Below, piece by piece: positions 37,333-44,325 of a DNA stretch of 64,000 nt. The notes beneath the pieces were generated by a model that had not been told where the DNA came from, did not search any database, and worked only from the letters and a program-made list of their open reading frames with translations. Position 1 is the first letter of the stretch. Each line of letters starts with the position of its first letter. Source of the DNA: a candidate division WOR-3 bacterium (lineage in GTDB: Bacteria > Hydrothermota > Hydrothermia > WGAB01); assembly GCA_015490555.1 (NCBI GenBank), contig WFXO01000029.1, positions 2,024-66,023 on the forward strand, in the 5' to 3' direction. The position numbers and the translations under genes were made by a program.

Positions 37333-40107
37333 TTACAACAGGTTTTTTGGAACCCAGAAGACGAATTGGAAGCGCCACTGTTTTTCCGTTGTCCACAAGG
37401 GGAAGACCACTTTGCCCCACGAACCTCCGAGGGTTATGCCTGCCTCGCTCCGTAGTTGATTCCATGGCGATTTGGGAAGGATTGTCCAGACATTTCCGAT
37501 CTGTCCATAGACCTCGACCCACCGAATGCGCAGAGCAATCCCTGCGACGAACTTGGCCGAACCTCGCTGGAGTTCTCCTGCGGATCCCCAAAGTCCTGGT
37601 CCGATACTAAGGTGGGTGCCGGATGGAGAAAACGACCCAGTGGAGGGAATCAGGAGCCCATACAGAGGAGGTTCTCGCGTTGCCCCCTGCAAGAGGAACT
37701 GTTCTTGCTTAGGAGCCTCTCCGAAAATAGCGCCTCCAAAAATCCAAGCGGAGACAGACCAAGGGAACCCGACGCTCCCCTTGATAAACCCCGTAACCTT
37801 TCGATACCGCCATCTTCCAAATCCCATGCTCCCCTTTCCGCGAAGGTGGAGAGTCCAAAACGGCTGACTTTTGGACCATCTATACAGGAAAGAAAGTCGC
37901 TGATGAATCCCGCGTTCAAAAATTTCGGTGTTATAAAACCGCAAATCTTGGATTGCCTCGTGGAACCATTCAACCGAAAGGCTCTGACGAGATGGGGTCA
38001 ACATACGAGAAAGAAAATTCCTCTGGAAATGGACACGGGCCTCGGATCCACCCGGCAGGAGGTTGATCTCCACTCCCCATCGGGCGAGTGTTTGAAACAT
38101 GGGTTCCTGCAAGGAAAAGGAGATCATCGGACGATGAGTTTTTAGACTGTATCCCAGCGAGAGGAGCAAGGTGTGTCGTAATAGCGCTTGGGTTCCAAAA
38201 AGAGCCACTCCCGGGACCCATCCGGTGGGGGAATCCCACGTGACCCAGGGGGTCCAGAAAAGCCAAAACGCATTCACTTGAAACGGCTTCAGGTGGAAAG
38301 CAGAACTCCAGAGAATCTTCCGGGGCAGTGCATTGTTCCATTCATCCGTCTCTGGCACCACATTGTGTGGATCGAGTTCAATGTGTGTGGGCGTAAAAGG
38401 GACCGTGATTCTGTTGGCGCTGGGATCCATAAGAACCACCGTGTCCAGTGTCTCCCCACGACCTCCCTGCAGGTTCAGCGATACTGGCAGGGGGAAGGAG
38501 ACCCCTGTTTGGACGGCCAACGTCGCCATTTCCTGCCCGTCTTGCAAGGCTTTTTCGACTTTTGCAACACGGAGATCCGGCTTCGGGGTCTCATAAAGCC
38601 AGGGCGAAAGGATTTGTCGAGCCGGGAAATCTACGTGTGCTTCCACCCAACGTAAAAAGTCCTCCGTGGTCACATGGTGGAACGCATAGGTTTCAAAGTA
38701 CCCCCTCATCAGGGAATCGAACGGTTCAGGACCCAAAATTTCCCATAGCATCCACAGAACCTTGGCTCCTTTTGTGTAGATATTGGTCCAATAAGAAGTT
38801 GCCTCATAGGCCTTTCTTCCAAGAATCGGTTCATCCCATGAGGAGTTCAATTGCCAATAGAGGCCGATTTCCTCGATCGCCTCCACGGGGTTGCCCTGGA
38901 AGAATTCCGTAATAGGATCGGAAAACCACGTCTTCTGTTGCTGCCGCCAATGCATATAACGTTGTTCTGCAAAGGTTGCAAACCCCTCATCCAGCCAAGC
39001 CTCATCCATCTCATTATTTCCCAAGATTCCATAGAACCATTGATGCGCAATCTCATGAACCACAACTGCTTCATAAAAACTTGGGACTTTCGATGCAAGT
39101 CCAGCAATTTTTGGGTCCAGAGAAATCAACACCAGTGTGGGATACTCCATCCCCGAGGAGATTCCAACGGTTCCGTTGACAATTTTGAGCGTAGAATAGG
39201 GGTAAGGGAAGAACCACTCACTGAATTTTTGGAGAATGCGTGGGACTTCATGCCGGAGCGAATCCCAGAGGGGTACATGGGCCACATCTCGACGGATGAA
39301 GAATTGGATCGAGGTATTTTGAAAAACCGTATCCCGAACCACGAAGGTTGAATCCGCAATCCAGGCAAAGTCATGGACCTGTTCCGCATGGAAATAAAGT
39401 GTTTTCCAGCGACCCACGTGATCTTCACCCACCTGTTGTCCCGTGGCTCCAACCTGAAAGGGTTCCGGCACGGTAATCCACACATCGTAGGTTCCATATT
39501 CCCCGTAGAACTCGCCGGTGGCATGATAACCGTCCGGATGCCACCAGCCCGAACGCCCCCGGTATTCAGACTCCGGAAGGCCTAATGGAGGGGCCACGGG
39601 GCGGTGAGAGTCATACACAGCCACCTTCGGGTACCACTGCGTTACCACAAACTGCCCCCGGTCATGTCCCATTCGAGAAAAGATTTTTGAAAGTTTGACC
39701 GTAAAGTGCATCGTAAAGGTCGTTGTGGAGCCCGGCAATAGGGGTTGGGGCAAGTAAACTTTCATCTCGGTGTCAACCACCTTTGTGGAACATGGCACTC
39801 CGTCTTGGGTCAATTGCGTGACTTCAATCCACCCTAAATCTTGTTCACGGGCGCGGAGTAACCGAAAGTTCCCCTCCTGAGCAGCCTCACGGGCGTAAAT
39901 GGACGTTTTCTGGTAGGCGTTCGGGTAAAGATGGAACCAAACGAAGGGAAGGGTATCCGGTGAATGATTGGTGTACACCAGTGTCTCCGTTGCCTCTATC
40001 AATGTAGAGTCGACGTTGAGCCGGACCTGAATTTGATACCGAACCCCCTGCTGCCATGAAACCATCCCTAAAGTGACGCCCCACCATATCACTCCCAAAA
40101 GCCCCAT
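37333..40107 (-). CDS. M1-family zinc aminopeptidase (gluzincin) with ~430-aa C-terminal Trp/Gly-rich beta-rich extension
   Basis: 924 aa. GMEYPTLV (GAMEN-like exopeptidase motif) and VVHEIAHQWFYGILGNNEMDEAWLDEGFATF (HExxH + 18 + E) are present. The N-terminal half is M1 aminopeptidase-like. The C-terminal half (approx. 37333-38660) has no recognisable family. It has alternating aromatic/hydrophobic beta-strand-like patterning and ends ...WRFQFVFWVPKNLL. Confidence 0.7.
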   Translation of the reverse strand: MGLLGVIWWGVTLGMVSWQQGVRYQIQVRLNVDSTLIEATETLVYTNHSPDTLPFVWFHLYPNAYQKTSIYAREAAQEGNFRLLRAREQDLGWIEVTQLTQDGVPCSTKVVDTEMKVYLPQPLLPGSTTTFTMHFTVKLSKIFSRMGHDRGQFVVTQWYPKVAVYDSHRPVAPPLGLPESEYRGRSGWWHPDGYHATGEFYGEYGTYDVWITVPEPFQVGATGQQVGEDHVGRWKTLYFHAEQVHDFAWIADSTFVVRDTVFQNTSIQFFIRRDVAHVPLWDSLRHEVPRILQKFSEWFFPYPYSTLKIVNGTVGISSGMEYPTLVLISLDPKIAGLASKVPSFYEAVVVHEIAHQWFYGILGNNEMDEAWLDEGFATFAEQRYMHWRQQQKTWFSDPITEFFQGNPVEAIEEIGLYWQLNSSWDEPILGRKAYEATSYWTNIYTKGAKVLWMLWEILGPEPFDSLMRGYFETYAFHHVTTEDFLRWVEAHVDFPARQILSPWLYETPKPDLRVAKVEKALQDGQEMATLAVQTGVSFPLPVSLNLQGGRGETLDTVVLMDPSANRITVPFTPTHIELDPHNVVPETDEWNNALPRKILWSSAFHLKPFQVNAFWLFWTPWVTWDSPTGWVPGVALFGTQALLRHTLLLSLGYSLKTHRPMISFSLQEPMFQTLARWGVEINLLPGGSEARVHFQRNFLSRMLTPSRQSLSVEWFHEAIQDLRFYNTEIFERGIHQRLSFLYRWSKSQPFWTLHLRGKGSMGFGRWRYRKVTGFIKGSVGFPWSVSAWIFGGAIFGEAPKQEQFLLQGATREPPLYGLLIPSTGSFSPSGTHLSIGPGLWGSAGELQRGSAKFVAGIALRIRWVEVYGQIGNVWTILPKSPWNQLRSEAGITLGGSWGKVVFPLWTTEKQWRFQFVFWVPKNLL

Positions 40108-40184
40108 GATGCTCCTCCGGCCAGATTTGTCTGCCTTTTCAAGTGTACAGAATTTTTCGGGATGATCCTACGGCTTCGGTGGGG

Positions 40185-41468
40185 TTAGAGCCCCGTTTTC
40201 AGTCGTAGAAACACAAAGGGATTCAACGAGGTTTTTTGGCTCTCCATCAGAACCTTTCCGCCCAAACGGACTCGGAGATAGGGGAAGGGATCCCAGATCA
40301 GCGTGAGCATGTGGACCTTCGATGTCTGTCCGGCTCGGTAACTAAACTGGGAGTAATGGTCGTACAGGAAGTCATAGACGAAGCGGGTATTTCGGATCCG
40401 ATAAAACGCACGGAAGAAAATGGAGTAATCCGTTGACCGATCGAGGTCTCTATCGGGCAAGTACTTTCCCTCAAAGCCCCAGGTCCCGAAGTCCGCTCCC
40501 AGAGCTCCTCCGATCAGATGGAGGGTCTCATACGAGAAATCCACAAGTTTTTGGGTGGTATCTTGGACCACGGTCCGGGGGTCCGGGTCTCGAAGCCAGG
40601 CCGCGTAGCCTTTCACGTAAAAGGGAGCAATCACAGTGGCTCGGACCGTTCCAGAGACCTTCCAGTTATGGGCACGCAACTGCGAATTCCAGTAAAAATT
40701 GGGATCAAATTTTTCAAACTCAACGGAAACGTAATCTTCCCCACGATACGTGTAACTCATTTCCAACTGATAATCGGGAATTTGCGCATAGGCATTGGCG
40801 TCCGGATTCGGGTTGATTGCGGGTGGATACGAATAGTGTTTATTCCGATAGCCGAATCGGAGGTACATGCGATATATGGGGAAGAAATACGCATCGATCC
40901 ACAAATTTGTACGGCGATAAAAGAGTTTATCGGTCTTGGCGTACCCCACATAGAGGTCTAAACGGTCCCACCCACCCCAAAACAGAGTTCCTGTCATCGA
41001 GTTCTGTGTGTAGTCGACTTCCCAGCCTCCGTAAGAGGCCATTACGTGGAGACTTCGTCGTAACCGTAGGTTCTGGAGATCGAACCTTGCCTCCTGGTCT
41101 GTGGGACGGTATTTAAGGACTTCCTCGAGGATCTTTTCCGCTTCATGGTACCGGCGCATCCACTTTAAGACCGTGGCCATTTGTTTCAGGATCTCTGGAT
41201 CCGGCTCAGGACTGAGATCTCTTGCTTTCTTGAAAAAGTGAAGTGCACGTTGAAGATCTCCTTGTTGTTTATGGAGTTTGCCCATCAGAAAAAGATACCG
41301 GGGGTTCCGGGGATCTTCCTCAAGCAGTTGTTGGAGAATTTCCAGGGCTTCTTGATACTGATGAGCGTTGAGGGCCTGGACAGCCAAGGATTCTTGATGA
41401 GATTTCTCTGAGGTCACAGAGCCCATTTGTGGGCCTTGTGTGAGCAACAGAAGAAGAAGCACCTTCAT
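40185..41468 (-). CDS. TPR-repeat protein with C-terminal Tyr/Phe-rich putative outer-membrane beta-barrel (PgaA/PelB-like export scaffold candidate)
   Basis: 427 aa. Hydrophobic N-terminus. TPR-like helices in residues ~30-150 (...LFLMGKLHKQQGDLQRALHFFKKARDLSPE...). The remaining ~280 aa have amphipathic beta-strand periodicity (YVGYAKTDKLFYRRTNLWIDAYFFPIYRMYLRFGYRNKHY...). Family assignment is an inference. Confidence 0.45.
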   Translation of the reverse strand: MKVLLLLLLTQGPQMGSVTSEKSHQESLAVQALNAHQYQEALEILQQLLEEDPRNPRYLFLMGKLHKQQGDLQRALHFFKKARDLSPEPDPEILKQMATVLKWMRRYHEAEKILEEVLKYRPTDQEARFDLQNLRLRRSLHVMASYGGWEVDYTQNSMTGTLFWGGWDRLDLYVGYAKTDKLFYRRTNLWIDAYFFPIYRMYLRFGYRNKHYSYPPAINPNPDANAYAQIPDYQLEMSYTYRGEDYVSVEFEKFDPNFYWNSQLRAHNWKVSGTVRATVIAPFYVKGYAAWLRDPDPRTVVQDTTQKLVDFSYETLHLIGGALGADFGTWGFEGKYLPDRDLDRSTDYSIFFRAFYRIRNTRFVYDFLYDHYSQFSYRAGQTSKVHMLTLIWDPFPYLRVRLGGKVLMESQKTSLNPFVFLRLKTGL

Positions 41469-42394
41469 TCAGCACCTCCTTTCAGGGTCCAACGATACAA
41501 AGTTTCTAAAACTTCTGGGACATGGAGCACATTTGCCCCCACCCTGGCGTTGATTTCCAACACCTTGGGAGTGCCTTGTGCATCCCGCCGAATGTCCATG
41601 TCAATCGGTCCTTCCAGGGACAGGGCTTTGACAACGCGAACGGCCAAGTCATAGAGATCCTTTTCTTCCGGTGCTGGCTCAACAGCCAGGGCATTTCCCA
41701 CAATCCCGTCTTTCAGTTGGGTTTTCCGCAACACGCCGATCGCTTGGATTTCCCCTGCGGGGTATGCAAAAAGATTCACATCGAATTCCTCCCCTGCAAC
41801 GAATTCTTGATAAACAACCCCTTCTTGATTCTCTTCCTGGATTTTGCTTGGGGATCGGAAGACTTTGACCCCTCGGCCTCCCCGCCCAAACACCGGCTTC
41901 TGGACAAAGGGATATCCCAAAATCCTCCCGGCCTCGTGGGGGCCTCGGACTTCCTTCCAAAGCAGAGTCTTGGGGGCTGGAATCCCCAGTCGATGAAGCG
42001 CCTGGGCGGTCTTGTACTTGTTATTCACAATTTCCACCACTCGATAGGATGGGATAAACACGTGGACACCCAAGGCTCGAATTTTATTTCGCACAGAGGC
42101 AACCTGAGGGAGTTCCTCTGTTACCGTCGGGATCAATAGAGAAACTTCGTGGTCCGCGAGGAAAGAAAGGAGGAACTCCACAAACTCAGGGGTCTCCCCT
42201 GGAGGGACCTCCATCAGTTGGTGGACGGGCGCTTCCACTTCACGGATATCTGTACCGATCACATACCATCCTTTTTCCCGGAAAAAGAGGGCACTCGAAC
42301 GGCCGGCTGGTCCTCCTACCCCTGTAATCAGGACGGTTCGGGACGGTTCTTTGGGAGGGAGATGTCCTTGCATCTGGTTTGTTGTAGAATTCAA
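41465..42394 (-). CDS. ATP-grasp family ligase (carboxylate-amine ligase-like)
   Basis: 309 aa. N-terminal Rossmann-like VLITGVGGPAGRSSALFF, central ATP-grasp fold, ...LEINARVGANV near the C-terminus. TTG at 42394 or ATG at 42373 as start. Stop overlaps the start of the TPR/barrel gene. Confidence 0.6.
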   Translation of the reverse strand: MNSTTNQMQGHLPPKEPSRTVLITGVGGPAGRSSALFFREKGWYVIGTDIREVEAPVHQLMEVPPGETPEFVEFLLSFLADHEVSLLIPTVTEELPQVASVRNKIRALGVHVFIPSYRVVEIVNNKYKTAQALHRLGIPAPKTLLWKEVRGPHEAGRILGYPFVQKPVFGRGGRGVKVFRSPSKIQEENQEGVVYQEFVAGEEFDVNLFAYPAGEIQAIGVLRKTQLKDGIVGNALAVEPAPEEKDLYDLAVRVVKALSLEGPIDMDIRRDAQGTPKVLEINARVGANVLHVPEVLETLYRWTLKGGAE

Positions 42395-42489
42395 TTCTGT
42401 AACAATTCCTTTCTTGTGGCAATTGAATTGTATAATTATACAGTTGCAATTTGTTCACCGATGCGCATTGAACGATACGGAGGCAAACC
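42395..42489. promoter_or_regulatory. AT-rich divergent promoter/operator region with 14-bp perfect palindrome TGTATAATTATACA
   Basis: A ~95-bp intergenic stretch that is strongly AT-rich relative to the window. TGTATAATTATACA lies at 42429-42442 and contains a TATAAT hexamer. It is flanked by CAATTG/TTGCAA palindromic half-sites (CAATTGAATTG...CAGTTGCAATTTG). ACGGAGG SD precedes the ATG at 42490. Confidence 0.45.
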
Positions 42490-44325
42490 ATGCAAATGTG
42501 GATCCTGGTTGCGGTCTTACTCCATGGGGTTCATGTGAAAACCCTTCAGGAAGGTCTGCAATTTTTAGAAGCCGGCCAATTTGGGAAAGCCGAACAGAAA
42601 TTTCAGGAAGTACTCTTAGAAAATCCCGATTATCTCCCGGCCTTGAAAGCCCTGGCTGAAGTCAAAATCCGATTAAATCAGTTACAAGAAGCCCGAGATC
42701 TCCTAAAGAAAGTCGTAACCCAAGACCCTCGCGATCTGGGGGCCATGGTGACTTTGGCGGATGTCTATTCATGGCTGGGAGACTATGACCGGTCTATTGC
42801 CCTCTACAAAGATGTCATCGAACAAGACTCCACCAATTTGGCCGCCTTAAAAGGTCTTGGACGTGTTCTTCGATGGGCGCAACGGTACGATGAATCCATT
42901 CATTATTATCGCAAGGTTTTGGAAGTTGAGCCCGATGACGTAGGAGCCCTCAAAGGCCTCGCGTTGAGTTATGCCCTTTACAAAAATTTCGATGAGGCCC
43001 TGAAATGGATTGAGAAGGCCGTTGAACTTTATCCGGACAACCCCGATGTCCTCAAAACCAAAGGGGATATCCTGGCCTGGAGCAATCATTTTAAGGAAGC
43101 CGAACGGGTCTATCGACTGGCCTTAAAAGTTTCTCCGAAGTCTCCGGATATCTATCAAAGTCTCGGAAGCCTCTACAAGTGGTGGGGCAAGTACACTCGG
43201 GCGGTGGAGGCTTACGAAAAAGCCTATAATCTCCAACCCAACAATCCACAAATCCTACAGGCCTTTGCACAAACTGCTCTCAAGGCGGGACAACTCAAAA
43301 AGGCGGAAACCGCCGCAGAGAAACTTCTCCAACTCGATCCACAGAACGAAACCGCGCTCAGTATCCTCCACACACTCCAGGCAGGACAGGGCATCACCTT
43401 TTACCACTTGATTGAAGAAGTGGTTGAACCGATCGTAATGATCACAACCCTTCTCCTCTTGGTCATCTACTTCCGTCGCCGTCAAGATATTCTTCGCCGT
43501 CGCCATCGCTTTTTCTGGATCTTCACCCACTGGGTTGTCCCCACCCTATTTCTTCTTTTGGTGATCGCCTTCTTCCTCCTGAAAGGCCTCAATCTGTGGG
43601 GATCCGACATCGCTATAGAAGTCATGGAAATTCTGATCTTCATCGTGCTCCTTTTAGGTGTTGCCACTCTGCTCTGGGTTTCACGAACACGGGAACGGGA
43701 AGTGGGACGCGCCGTGCTCGCGATCGGGGCTCACCCCGATGACATCGAACTGGGATGTGGGGGAACCCTGGCGAAATATAAAGATCTGGGATATAAGGTC
43801 TATGCAATGGTTATGACTTCTGGAGAGGAAGGAGTTCCGGATCCAGAAAAACACCGCGAACGGCAAAAGGAGGCGACCCAGGGCGCCCATATCCTGGGGA
43901 TCGACCAATTGTGGATTTACCGATTTAAGGACACCGAACTCTCCAAGCACATCAACGAGATGAAGAAAGAAATCGAGAAAAAAATCCAAGAGACCGGGGC
44001 CACCGTCATTATCACGCAATCTCCTTATGACACCCACCAAGACCATAAAGCGGTATTTGAAGCCACGAAGATCGCCGCTCGAGGCCCAAAAGTTCTCCTC
44101 TGTTACGAAGACGTCTCAACAGAACCCCACTTCGTTCCGAACTTTTTTGTGGATATCACCGAGTACATCGAGGACAAAATTGAGGCGATTCAACAACATC
44201 GAACTCAGCGAAATAAGTCCTACATGAATCCTGAGAATATCCGTGGGCGTGCCGCTCATCGAGGGCTTCAAGTGGGAGTGAAATACGCTGAAGCCTTCAT
44301 TTGCATGAAGTGGGTGGATACATGA
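42490..44325 (+). CDS. TPR-repeat / 3-TM / LmbE(PIG-L)-family N-acetylglucosaminyl deacetylase fusion protein
   Basis: 611 aa. Signal/anchor followed by ~8 TPR repeats (residues ~20-300). Three hydrophobic helices (~310-400). C-terminal AVLAIGAHPDDIELGCGGTLAKY...VMTSGEEG...SPYDTHQDHKAV is the PIG-L/LmbE zinc-deacetylase signature (AHPDDE, HxDH). Confidence 0.7.
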   Translation: MQMWILVAVLLHGVHVKTLQEGLQFLEAGQFGKAEQKFQEVLLENPDYLPALKALAEVKIRLNQLQEARDLLKKVVTQDPRDLGAMVTLADVYSWLGDYDRSIALYKDVIEQDSTNLAALKGLGRVLRWAQRYDESIHYYRKVLEVEPDDVGALKGLALSYALYKNFDEALKWIEKAVELYPDNPDVLKTKGDILAWSNHFKEAERVYRLALKVSPKSPDIYQSLGSLYKWWGKYTRAVEAYEKAYNLQPNNPQILQAFAQTALKAGQLKKAETAAEKLLQLDPQNETALSILHTLQAGQGITFYHLIEEVVEPIVMITTLLLLVIYFRRRQDILRRRHRFFWIFTHWVVPTLFLLLVIAFFLLKGLNLWGSDIAIEVMEILIFIVLLLGVATLLWVSRTREREVGRAVLAIGAHPDDIELGCGGTLAKYKDLGYKVYAMVMTSGEEGVPDPEKHRERQKEATQGAHILGIDQLWIYRFKDTELSKHINEMKKEIEKKIQETGATVIITQSPYDTHQDHKAVFEATKIAARGPKVLLCYEDVSTEPHFVPNFFVDITEYIEDKIEAIQQHRTQRNKSYMNPENIRGRAAHRGLQVGVKYAEAFICMKWVDT

